Below, piece by piece: positions 7,265 through 16,481 of a DNA stretch of 45,425 bases. The translations under genes were made by a program, and so were the position numbers. The DNA comes from Verrucomicrobiota bacterium (GTDB taxonomy: Bacteria > Verrucomicrobiota > Verrucomicrobiia > Methylacidiphilales > JBCBYL01), in the NCBI GenBank assembly GCA_039815855.1, contig JBCBYL010000003.1, forward strand, positions 1-45,425, written 5' to 3'. Position 1 is the first letter of the stretch; each line of letters begins with the position of its first letter. The notes beneath the pieces are model-generated. The model was not told the DNA's origin. It was given only the letters and a program-made list of their open reading frames with translations, and did not search any database.

Positions 7265-7978
7265 GTGTCTCAAACCATTTGTATTACAGGAGCAAATCGG
7301 GGAATCGGTCTCGATTTAGTCAAAGCGTTTTTAAAGCATGGTCACCGTGTCATTGCTGGCGCTCGTGACCTGGAAAACGCAGCTGGCCTTCATACCCTGC
7401 GAGATGAATTTTCAGACTTTCTCATTCCCTGCCGAATGAACCTGAATGACCATGATTCTGTCCAGACCACGTTTTCCGAGCTGGCGGAGGCCGTCAGCGG
7501 AATCGATCTGCTCATCAATAATGCTGCGATCCTTCCTGAAGAGGGAAATGAGTCTTTTATGGATCTGGACCTGAAATGGTTTGGCCAGGCGTTCGATACG
7601 AATGTGATGGGAACAGCTGCAGTCACTCGCTCTGCCCTTCCTTTGCTCAAAAAAGCAAACCATCCCTGTATCGTAAACATCTCCTCGGAAGCCGGATTAA
7701 TTACACCCAAAAGCGGCTACAGCTATTACTGCTATGGCCCCTCAAAGGCGGCCCTGAATATGCTGACCCGCACCCTTGCCGAGGAACTGCGCCCCGAAGG
7801 CATCTCCGTGGTGGCGATCAGCCCTGGCTGGGTCCAAACCGAAATGGGAGGGCCTCATGCACAGATTACAACAGAAGAGTCTGCCCAAGCACTCTACGAA
7901 ACCACCATCGGGCTTTCCCTGGAAGAGAGCGGAAAATTCATGCGACGTGATGGAAGTTCTATCGGAATCGAATGGTAA
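7265..7978 (+). CDS. Short-chain dehydrogenase/reductase (CsgA/C-factor-like)
   Basis: TGANRGIG, INNA, NISS, YGPSK, SPGWVQTEMGG. Confidence 0.9.
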   Translation: MSQTICITGANRGIGLDLVKAFLKHGHRVIAGARDLENAAGLHTLRDEFSDFLIPCRMNLNDHDSVQTTFSELAEAVSGIDLLINNAAILPEEGNESFMDLDLKWFGQAFDTNVMGTAAVTRSALPLLKKANHPCIVNISSEAGLITPKSGYSYYCYGPSKAALNMLTRTLAEELRPEGISVVAISPGWVQTEMGGPHAQITTEESAQALYETTIGLSLEESGKFMRRDGSSIGIEW

Positions 7979-7982
7979 GCTG

Positions 7983-8474
7983 ATGAAATCCAAATTCCTT
8001 ATTCTCTTTATTCTCTCCGGATTCTTAGGACTTTCCCCGGCCAAAAGCGAGGAAACTGAATCCAGTTCAGAAAAGGACATTACCTTTGAGGCCGCCTTAT
8101 TCACCGGAACCTGGAAAACCGTCTATATCTACGGAGACCTGGAGGGAGAGGGAACGTGGGAGCTTCGTCCCGACGGCACCGGCACGATCAAAGAAGTGGT
8201 TCGCAGAAGACAAATGGGGGCAAGTAACCCACGTGATCATCCTCTCCGGAACGGTGTTGGTAGAGAAAGAGAGCTCACATCGGAGGTTCAATGGGGCGTG
8301 GTACAAAAATTTCTCGTCATTAAGCGCGTCAGCTCAGATACCAAGGGCTTGACCAAACTCAATCACGCCCTCATCCCACTCGAGTTAGGCACCGACCAGT
8401 GCCTCTTCCAGGATAAAGGAAATCCCAAAAGCCGCCTTTCGATGACGAGAGTTTCTATGGATCGAAAGGAATAG
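7983..8474 (+). CDS. Hypothetical exported protein
   Basis: Start corrected to ATG 7983 (MKSKFLILFILSGFLGLSPA, signal-peptide-like), 4 bp after the SDR stop. GTW motif suggests a beta-rich, lipocalin-like fold (weak). Confidence 0.65.
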   Translation: MKSKFLILFILSGFLGLSPAKSEETESSSEKDITFEAALFTGTWKTVYIYGDLEGEGTWELRPDGTGTIKEVVRRRQMGASNPRDHPLRNGVGRERELTSEVQWGVVQKFLVIKRVSSDTKGLTKLNHALIPLELGTDQCLFQDKGNPKSRLSMTRVSMDRKE

Positions 8475-8570
8475 CATTCATCCGGAATCGTAACTATCAG
8501 GAAACAGCTAAGTTCTTCTGAGACAAATAGAGCGTATTCTTCCTGAAGGAAAAAGGGAAATCACTAAGAG

Positions 8571-8653
8571 TGCGGTCGAGAGGAGTCGAACCTCCACGGG
8601 GTTGCCCCCACCAGCCCCTCAAGCTGGCGCGTCTGCCATTTCGCCACGACCGC
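8571..8653 (-). tRNA. tRNA-Leu (anticodon GAG), CCA not encoded
   Basis: Minus strand GCGGTCG..TGGCGAAATGGCAGACGC..CCAGC-TTGAGGG-GCTGG, long variable arm GGGG-CAA-CCCC, GGAGG-TTCGACT-CCTCT, CGACCGC-A. Confidence 0.96.
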
Positions 8654-8789
8654 GTCAATCGAGCCTGAAAAGATGGACTAGACTGAGGTGAAAAGCAATC
8701 ACCTATTTGAGTGATGATACGATCCTCACCAGGCTCCGAATCACCTTTCCAATTCACTCAACTTCAACTAGTACCTGCGGGTAGTCCTA

Positions 8790-10432
8790 TGATCAAACTC
8801 GGCCCCCATGCAAAGCTGGTGCCCCTGATAAAACAGGTGATTATAGCTAGTTTATTGATCACCAACACCCTGGCAGGCTCGATCGATCGAAACGCGTTTC
8901 TGGAAACACTCACGCCCACTGAAAAGGCCTGGCTCGATGAACGCACCCATCTCACGGTTAGTTTTGCTCCGGATTGGCCTCCGTTTTCGTTTTCTGACGG
9001 CAATGATCCTTTCGTCGGGATTGATCGTGATTTTATTTCTGAGTTAGAGGCCTTACTGGATAAGCAAATCGTTCCGGTGAAAGTGGCAACATGGGTCGAG
9101 GCTTATGACCTCGGCGTTCATAATCAGGTCGATTTCATTACCGGGATGGCCGTGACGCCTGAGCGCAAAGCCCACTTCATTTTTTCAGATCCTTACCTGT
9201 CCTTTCCAGTAGCGATCATTACCCGGGAAGATCGTCCCTTTCTACTCAGCATCAGCTCACTAGATGGGTTACGCTTTGCTCTCCCAGGTTCCTACATCAC
9301 CACGGAATATTTTATCCGTGACCACCCAAATCATATCGCTGTCATCACCCGAGACTCGATCCAGGCCATGCGCATGGTTAGCACTGGAAAAGCTGACGCC
9401 ACCCTGGCCAATCTGGTTGCGGCTAGTACGATCATCCGACAAGAAGGACTGACTAATCTCCGTGTTTCCGGGATTTCTGACTATCATTTCAATCTCTGCT
9501 TCGGGGTGCCAAAAGAACGGAAAATCTTAGCGAGCATCCTCAATAAGGCACTCGTTCAAATCCAACCTGAGAAGGAGAACCGAATCCTGGCTAACTGGAT
9601 CCACCTGGATTTCAGTAATCTCATCCTCTGGTCAAAGGTGCGTCCCGTCCTCATTGCCCTCTTCTTTCTCATTCTTTCTATCCTGACGGTTATCCTCATT
9701 TGGAATCGAAAACTCCTCATGGAAGTCACGATGAGAAAACGACTGGAAAACCAACTCCTGGCTTCCGCGCAAAAGAAGGAAGATTTTCTCGCCCGCGTAG
9801 CCCATGACCTCAGTGGCCCGCTCTCGACCGCTAAACTCTACCTGGAGACGAAACAAACCGAGCATGATCCGGATGAGGCAGAGTTCCTCCATGGAAGCCT
9901 GGATCAAATGTCCTATTTAGTGGAACGGCTGAAAAACCTGAGGGAAGTGGAAGACGATCATGTCGTGGTCAAAAAGCAGCTGGTCAGTATCAAAGCTCTT
10001 TTTTCTAAGTTAGTGAAGCTCTCTGCACCGGCCGCCCGGAAAAAACAAATCGATGTCATCTTCGATATCCGGCCGAATGATCTGGAAATCCTCAGTGATC
10101 GGCACCTCCTCTACGAAATTCTCGAGAACCTCTTATCCAATGCGCTTAAATTTTCCCATCCGAAGACGATCATCGAACTACGAGCAAGTCAGGAGGGTCG
10201 TTACGTCAAGATTGAGGTAGCTGATCAAGGTCTGGGCATACCCGAAAACGAACACCGATACATCTTTAAACGTTTTGCTAAACTAAGTAACCAGCCGACT
10301 GGGGGAGAAAATTCCACTGGCATCGGGCTAACGATAGTCAAAGAGCTGACCGAGCACCTGGCCGGGAAAATTTATTTTAGTTCAAAAACAGGAGTGGGAT
10401 CGACTTTCACGATCAAGCTGCCCCTCGACTAG
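8790..10432 (+). CDS. Sensor histidine kinase with periplasmic solute-binding (BvgS-like PBP) domain
   Basis: LT..EKAWL and WPPFSF PBP domain, a TM helix, H-box AHDLSGP, NLLSNALKF, D.G.G, G.G.GL. Start uncertain (8711-8838). Confidence 0.9.
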
Positions 10433-10532
10433 AAGCGGCTTTACCGCGAGACTCTAATTTCAAGCGCACTTATCGTCACCTCAGGGAGCATAGGCGGGCA
10501 GAATAGGATGTGAGGGGCCATCGATACCGCGC

Positions 10533-10569
10533 TGGATTGCAGCGTCGCCTGGCAGCTCCTCGCAATGAC
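10533..10569. repeat. REP-like palindromic element arm
   Basis: GGATTGC..CGTCGC....GCTCCTCGCAATGAC resembles the widespread GTCATTGCGAGG..GCGACG..GCAATC repeat. A degenerate opposite arm may start at ~10475. Confidence 0.45.
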
Positions 10570-10578
10570 TTTACTTCT

Positions 10579-10803
10579 CTAGTCACTCGCCTGAGCGCGA
10601 CGACCTTGTTCTACTGACTTCAGTTCGACCATCATCTCATCGAACTTTTCTCGATTACAGGAACAGTAAAGACATAGACCCGAGTGATATTTCAATGCCA
10701 CACGTTCGGTGAGGCGAAGCGGGCGCGCAAGGCCTTTCTCGACCAATTCAAAAGCGTCCTGGCAATTAGGAAGCGTTAACCATGATTTTTTTTCACCACT
10801 CAT
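10579..10803 (-). CDS. Small zf-HC2/ZAS-like zinc-finger protein
   Basis: C-X25-HxxxCxxC (NCQDA...HSGLCLYC). ATGA overlap with the upstream OYE gene. Confidence 0.7.
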   Translation of the reverse strand: MSGEKKSWLTLPNCQDAFELVEKGLARPLRLTERVALKYHSGLCLYCSCNREKFDEMMVELKSVEQGRRAQASD

Positions 10804-11894
10804 GACTCTGGATCATAAGGAGGGAAGGTGGTGTAGCCTTCGGCCCCAGTCGGAGAATACCAATCTTTCACATCCGCTTCCGGAGCGAGTGGCCAGTGGT
10901 TAGCAAATCGTTCCACCAAATCCGGATTACTAATGAAAGGACGTCCGATCGCAATCAGATCTGCTTTACCCGCCTGGATCGCTTTTTCTGCCTCTTCTTG
11001 AGAATATCCGCAATTGCCCATAAGTGGATTCGTGAAGAGAGGCCTGATTTCTTCCAATGTCATCGGTTCACCCAACTCATGGAAGCCGAACGCTAATCCA
11101 TCCATGACATGAAGATAACCCAGATTAAGTTCATTCAGCTCGTTGATGACATAGGTAAATTGCTCTCGATAGTCAGGCGAACCCATATCATTAAAGACTC
11201 CATTAGGAGCGAGGCGGACTCCGACCTGACCAGATGACCAGACGCTGAGGACACCTTCCAACACTTCTTTCAGGAAACGGTAACGATTCTCAATCGACCC
11301 TCCATATTCATCGTCCCGGTGGTTGGTCTTGGATTGTAAAAATTGATCGATCAGATAGCCGTTAGCACCGTGAACTTCCACCCCGTCAAAGCCTGCTGCT
11401 TTTGCCCGTTCCGCTGCTTTGCGATAGTCGTCCACCACACCCGGAATTTCACTCGTTTCTAGAGCACGAGGCACTTCGTACGCTTCCTTTCCCTTGGGAG
11501 TGTGAACATACTCGCCCCCGTTTTTGATCGGAGAGGGAGCTACCGGAAGTTGACCATCTTCCTGAAAGCTGCTGTGGGAGGCTCTGCCGCAGTGCCAGAG
11601 CTGGAGCACAATCGGACATCCCTTAGCGTGAACCGCATCCACGACTTGTTTCCAGCCTTCTGCCTGCTCATCGGTGTAAATTCCCGGTGACTGGACCCAC
11701 CCATTTCCTTGCGCCGAAACCACGGTCGCTTCCGTAATGATGAGCCCGGCAGAGGCACGCTGGGCATAGTATTCAGCCATAATCGGCTTAGGAATCCGGT
11801 CTTCGTCGGAGCGAGCCCTCGTCATGGGTGCTAAGACGACTCTGTTTTTGAGGCTCTTTCCGAGAGCAGAATAGGGTGAAAGGAGATCTGACAT
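10800..11894 (-). CDS. nemA: Old Yellow Enzyme / NemA-like alkene reductase
   Basis: APMTRAR, QLWHCGR, GFDGVEVHGANGYLIDQF, GRPFISNPDL, GYT. Confidence 0.93.
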   Translation of the reverse strand: MSDLLSPYSALGKSLKNRVVLAPMTRARSDEDRIPKPIMAEYYAQRASAGLIITEATVVSAQGNGWVQSPGIYTDEQAEGWKQVVDAVHAKGCPIVLQLWHCGRASHSSFQEDGQLPVAPSPIKNGGEYVHTPKGKEAYEVPRALETSEIPGVVDDYRKAAERAKAAGFDGVEVHGANGYLIDQFLQSKTNHRDDEYGGSIENRYRFLKEVLEGVLSVWSSGQVGVRLAPNGVFNDMGSPDYREQFTYVINELNELNLGYLHVMDGLAFGFHELGEPMTLEEIRPLFTNPLMGNCGYSQEEAEKAIQAGKADLIAIGRPFISNPDLVERFANHWPLAPEADVKDWYSPTGAEGYTTFPPYDPES

Positions 11895-11941
11895 AAACGC
11901 AATCTAACCTAGCTTGTAGACCGGTCAATGAGAAGGCAGGT

Positions 11942-13735
11942 TTAGTTCGAGCTGTTTGGCTCGATGGAGAAAAAGCGCCGGTCACCAGAACCGGTATAGC
12001 GATAGAGGACCGTCTCCATGGGATCCGCATCTCCATCACTGACTTGATTTTCAAACGTGACCTGCGCATCGGCATCATCCCAAGGGCTCAAGTTCGCTGA
12101 TTCCTGAATCCGGTACACCAGTCCTTGACTGCTAAATGCCTTTCTCCGTTTGAAACTCAGACATGGATCACCATTGTCGAAAAGGATGGAGAGAGGAATC
12201 GAAGACGGCCGGTCCGGATCATTCGGATCCAGGTTAAAGGCAAATTCGGTTATATTATTCAATCCATCTAAATCGGGATCTGCGATATCGGATTGTTCTG
12301 AGGCAGAAAGAGAGGCCAATTCCCGCATTTTCCATTCATTGAGAAAAAGGTCACGAATCGTAAAAGTCAATTCCCTGGAAGCGATCAGATTGGATTGTTC
12401 ATCTAACGTCTCCACCTTAACCGTGTATGCTCCAAAGTTGAGCACACCGGGATTGAATGAAATTACGTTACCGCTCACGGAACTTTGAAACTGATTATTG
12501 AAATAAAGGCGAACCTCATCCGCATCATGGTTGGTATTCACTTGCAATTCAATGGGCGTTTCTTGGGGAACAGTCTTATCCAATGCTGGCAGACTGACTT
12601 GAACTAGCTCCGCCGGGCTGTTAAGAGGCTTGAGGAGAAAGCCCCGCACGTCACCATCCTTAATTCCATAACCCGTGATCCATCCTTGATCATTAATATC
12701 CTCAGCCCGTAAGAGGACCCAACCTGACTCCGTATCAATCAAATCGTTCAAATTAAGCAGCGTCTGTCCGTCCCAAAGAAACGCGCGAGTGATATCATAA
12801 TCCCGAAGAATGGTGTTCGATTGATCCTCTTCAGCTGGTTCACCATCAAAAGGTACATCAAACTCGTTCGTCTGCGTTTGAAAGATAATCTCGATCGTAT
12901 CGGAAGGATTCGTTGTCGAATAGCCAACCACTTGCCCAAAATTATTGATCCCTAAGGCATGGCTCTGACCGCCACCGAGATGACCAAGAAGAAAAACCTG
13001 ACCATCAACCCAACAACAGGCCACTTCCTCCCCTTCTCCCTGGCCGCTAAAGCCTGCACTGTGACCTAAATTATTGACTGCCAGCGCCTTACCAAACTGG
13101 CCCCCAGTCAGGTTCGGAAGACTGTTGGATTGAAAACCAGATTGAATAAATCCGGATTCATCATTGGCAGAGAGGCCAGAGCCGGTTACGGCACCATGCT
13201 GATTGAGTCCATAAATCCGACTGGAGTAGGCCCCGGTCAGGGAAAATAATTCCAGCGTTGTTCCTCCTGTAAGAACAAACCCCTGAGCTATCCCATTCTG
13301 AAAATAAAAGCCACCAATGTCTCCACGGTCGTTGATGGAGAGTGCCTCAGATGGAGAGACACCGATTAAGGAGTCGAGATCGGACAAGTTGCCACTAGCG
13401 TTCCAAAGACAAGCATGAATCTGGTTGGACGAGTCAGTGTAAGCTCCGACCACCGAGCCAGCTCCATTGATCGAAAGGGCTTTCGAATAAGGTCTTCCAA
13501 CCGTGATTAACGGAGTGGCTGATCCAGTCGAATCCCAACGTACGGCTTGAGGCTGTCCGTTCAGATCAATAGAAATCCCAACACTTTGACCCGATTCGTT
13601 CAGACTGATCCCATGGCTTTCAAGATCACCTGAAACAGGTGCTAATTCGACCACTTCATAATCCACACTTGCCTTCAACGCGCTGGCGCAGAAGCAAAGC
13701 GAAAGAACGAAGATGAGTGAGCGGTAACGTTTCAA
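11942..13735 (-). CDS. Secreted HAF-repeat protein with Ig-like and C-terminal DPDxDG module
   Basis: Signal peptide; repeats S.A.(S/G)IN..G..VG and (R/H)A.LW; C-terminal ADPDLDGLNNITEFAFNLDP..Y....S.NL..W. Confidence 0.8.
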   Translation of the reverse strand: MKRYRSLIFVLSLCFCASALKASVDYEVVELAPVSGDLESHGISLNESGQSVGISIDLNGQPQAVRWDSTGSATPLITVGRPYSKALSINGAGSVVGAYTDSSNQIHACLWNASGNLSDLDSLIGVSPSEALSINDRGDIGGFYFQNGIAQGFVLTGGTTLELFSLTGAYSSRIYGLNQHGAVTGSGLSANDESGFIQSGFQSNSLPNLTGGQFGKALAVNNLGHSAGFSGQGEGEEVACCWVDGQVFLLGHLGGGQSHALGINNFGQVVGYSTTNPSDTIEIIFQTQTNEFDVPFDGEPAEEDQSNTILRDYDITRAFLWDGQTLLNLNDLIDTESGWVLLRAEDINDQGWITGYGIKDGDVRGFLLKPLNSPAELVQVSLPALDKTVPQETPIELQVNTNHDADEVRLYFNNQFQSSVSGNVISFNPGVLNFGAYTVKVETLDEQSNLIASRELTFTIRDLFLNEWKMRELASLSASEQSDIADPDLDGLNNITEFAFNLDPNDPDRPSSIPLSILFDNGDPCLSFKRRKAFSSQGLVYRIQESANLSPWDDADAQVTFENQVSDGDADPMETVLYRYTGSGDRRFFSIEPNSSN

Positions 13736-13755
13736 TGGATTTTCTTTTTAGTCGA

Positions 13756-14712
13756 TTACTTTGATTCGGGCAAAGGATTATCTGCTAAGATCGCAGTTTG
13801 ATTCATCCATTTCTGTAAATAGAGACTATCCTCTTTACTCCACTCGATATCTGCAAATTCTCTCGCAAGTCGGTCTGCAGCCTTCATTACTTGCACCCAG
13901 GCGATTCCTCCTGAGTGGACTTCAGGAGGAAATTGAGGAAAACTTTCCCTGTTTGAAGTGATTTCTCGTAAAGTCGCTAACTTGCCAGCTTCATTGATAG
14001 GGTGTGGCTCATCTGACTTCTCCCATTGACTCAACACATAGGCCATTTCACGCAAGGCCACTGCTTCCCCTACGATCCAGATCTGTTCATTGGTCCAAGC
14101 TTCCTCCCAATGCCGAGGCTCTCTCTCTTGTAGGCTGGCAAAATCAAAGACGAGTTCAGGGTGCCCCGCTTGTTTCAACTCAGGCGCTAACGTCTGGTGG
14201 CAGGCCACACAGGTATTGGCTCGATTGTAGAGGTCATGTAGATCCCGAAGTCCGGATGCTACCTTTTGGTCATAGCTATAGTCCATGCGGGTATGAGCCA
14301 GGAGGTACTCAGAAGCCGGTCCGTGGCAGGATTCGCAGCTCACCCCCTCCATGACAGTCGCCGCAGACGTCTTCCACTCCGGTTCCACTTCAGCTAAGGG
14401 AGCGTGACATACGGTGCACTGCGAGGACTTGGCCGGATCTTTTATCTCCAAACTCTCTGCCATCCGTTTCGACCAGGCCGTCGTTAAGGTGGCATAAGAC
14501 TTGGAATGCGGATCCAGATTTTTCCAAATCATGTACTGCTTACTCAGCTCGGCAGCTCCTCCATGGCACATGGACGTCTGGCAGGTCAACCCCCCGAGAT
14601 ATCCGGGACGCTTTTCCGGTTGCTCAAAAAATTCATACGATCTGGCCGTGGCCGGAAGAAGACACGTGATGATCCCAAACCACACTGTCAGGTAATTGCG
14701 ACGCCGTCTCAT
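13756..14712 (-). CDS. Cytochrome c554-family multiheme cytochrome
   Basis: Signal-like N-terminus; CQTSMCH (CX4CH), CTVCH, GVSCESCHGP, CVACH, AGHP. Start at 14712 or 14739. Confidence 0.85.
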   Translation of the reverse strand: MRRRRNYLTVWFGIITCLLPATARSYEFFEQPEKRPGYLGGLTCQTSMCHGGAAELSKQYMIWKNLDPHSKSYATLTTAWSKRMAESLEIKDPAKSSQCTVCHAPLAEVEPEWKTSAATVMEGVSCESCHGPASEYLLAHTRMDYSYDQKVASGLRDLHDLYNRANTCVACHQTLAPELKQAGHPELVFDFASLQEREPRHWEEAWTNEQIWIVGEAVALREMAYVLSQWEKSDEPHPINEAGKLATLREITSNRESFPQFPPEVHSGGIAWVQVMKAADRLAREFADIEWSKEDSLYLQKWMNQTAILADNPLPESK

Positions 14713-14766
14713 TAACAAAACTAATCCATCCTTGTTCATATTAAATTACCTGATAGCCAGTACCTA

Positions 14767-16479
14767 GTGGAGTTAGTAGAGAACACAAGCAAACTCGAAC
14801 ATGGGCGTACTCTTAGCGGTGAGGAACTTCTCGATTTCTTACCTGCTCTTAAAGAAGTACCCAAAGGGGTTTTCAATAAATTTGCTCAAGACGCGGCTGC
14901 CTTACGCGAGATCAAAGCAGGAGAGATTCTTTGCCGTGAGGGAGAGTTCGGCTCAACAGCGTTCTATCTTGTTTCCGGCTCTGTCGAAATTTTTATCGAG
15001 AATCCCCTTGCTCATGTTTCAACAACACCCGCTTCTGCGAATGGTCTTTTTGGACACTTCTACAAGCGGATGTCCAGCTTCCTCACTAGCGAGGGCAGGC
15101 CGGCGGAAGACACAGAAGGGAAAAGAAAATTTTTTCCTGTTGATGCCTCCGTTGACCTGAAAATCGATCATCCTCAAGCCACTCTTGAGGCTGGGGAATT
15201 ATTCGGTGAAATGACCTGCCGGACCTTCATGCCACGGTCCGCGACGATTCGAGCCAAAGAAGACTGTGTCATCGTGGAAATGCTCCGGGTCATTCTCGAC
15301 ATGCTGGTGGGCACCCGAGAAATCCAGAGTGAGATTAAAAGCACGACCAAGGTAAAAGCGCCCACCTTTAAAGGAACCACATTTAAAGAAGAACTGGATA
15401 AAAAATACCGCGAGCGCTCCCTCAAGAATCATCTCAAAAGTGTGCCTATATTCGAGGAACTCAGTCAGGATTTTATTGATCAGTTAGCAGAGAACGTCGA
15501 GCTGAAGACCTATCATAAAGGGGAGGTCATCTGCCAGCAGGGAGATGTGGCCGATCGCTTCTACCTCATCCGCCAGGGACTGGTCAAAGTATCTCAAGCC
15601 ATGCCTGGCGGTGAAATGGTCAAAACCTATCTTTGCCGGGGGGAATATTTTGGTGAAATGGGGCTGATTCTTCAAGCCCCCAGAACCGCCACCTGCACCG
15701 CCTCTGAAACCGTTGACCTGGTCGAGATCGGGCTAGATGACTTTGAGCAAATGCTAGCCCGATTCCCCAGTGTCTATGAGGAGCTGGACCGCGTTTCAAA
15801 CGCGCGTCTGGATGCACAGACTCGCCAAACGGTGACGACACCAGTTGCGGGATCAAAATCTTTAGAAGAAGCACTCGATCAGGGACTGCTCCAAGCCCAG
15901 AACTTACTCCTCATCGACCTGCATAAATGCACCCGCTGCGATCTCTGTGTCCAGGCCTGCGCAGATGCACATGATGGGATTAGTCGCCTGCTCCGTGATG
16001 GATTGCGCTACGAAAATTATCTGGTCGCGACCGCCTGCCGTTCCTGCCAGGACCCACTTTGTATGACCCAGTGTCCGGTAGGCTCCATCCGCCGCAAAGA
16101 CAATCTGGAAATCATTATTGAAGACTGGTGCATCGGGTGTTCGAAATGTGCGGAATTGTGCCCCTACGGAAACATCAACATGCATCCGGTTCCTGACCTG
16201 CCCATGAAGGGTAAAAAAAGAGGGGAAACGAAGAAAAATGGAGCTGAATCTGCTGATGGCAAGAAAGCCGCCCCTGCGAAAAAGGCTAAATCATCGAAAG
16301 CGACCACCTGTGATCTCTGCACTGAAATGAAAACTCCCAGCTGTGTCTATGCCTGTCCACATGACGCTGCGATGCGAGTCAACCCGGTTGATTTCTTTTC
16401 CAGGAAAATGCCTCACTTAAAAAATTTCCTCTATGATGCCCGTAGTCGGGCTCGAAAAGACTTTAGAACCACTCACTAG
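14767..16479 (+). CDS. Tandem cNMP-binding domains plus 4x[4Fe-4S] (DmsB/NrfC-like) ferredoxin domain
   Basis: FGEM......PRSAT and FGEM......PRTAT cassettes; Cys motifs CTRCDLCVQAC, CRSCQDPLCMTQCP, CIGCSKCAELCP, CDLC......CVYACP. Confidence 0.92.
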   Translation: MELVENTSKLEHGRTLSGEELLDFLPALKEVPKGVFNKFAQDAAALREIKAGEILCREGEFGSTAFYLVSGSVEIFIENPLAHVSTTPASANGLFGHFYKRMSSFLTSEGRPAEDTEGKRKFFPVDASVDLKIDHPQATLEAGELFGEMTCRTFMPRSATIRAKEDCVIVEMLRVILDMLVGTREIQSEIKSTTKVKAPTFKGTTFKEELDKKYRERSLKNHLKSVPIFEELSQDFIDQLAENVELKTYHKGEVICQQGDVADRFYLIRQGLVKVSQAMPGGEMVKTYLCRGEYFGEMGLILQAPRTATCTASETVDLVEIGLDDFEQMLARFPSVYEELDRVSNARLDAQTRQTVTTPVAGSKSLEEALDQGLLQAQNLLLIDLHKCTRCDLCVQACADAHDGISRLLRDGLRYENYLVATACRSCQDPLCMTQCPVGSIRRKDNLEIIIEDWCIGCSKCAELCPYGNINMHPVPDLPMKGKKRGETKKNGAESADGKKAAPAKKAKSSKATTCDLCTEMKTPSCVYACPHDAAMRVNPVDFFSRKMPHLKNFLYDARSRARKDFRTTH

Positions 16480-16481
16480 CC

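Noticed and set aside
7776-7982. Long 5' extensions in the ORF track (7776; also 32869, 40602, 44455, 5455)
   Set aside because: They overlap neighbouring genes or promoters. Downstream ATGs give family-typical N-termini.
8571-8653. tRNA-Leu as a genomic-island attachment site
   Set aside because: No integrase and no duplicated tRNA 3' end seen in the window.
13756-14739. Nitrifier HAO/c554 or NrfA nitrogen-cycle module
   Set aside because: No octaheme HAO, cM552 or CxxCK motif nearby. The c554-type domain is widespread.
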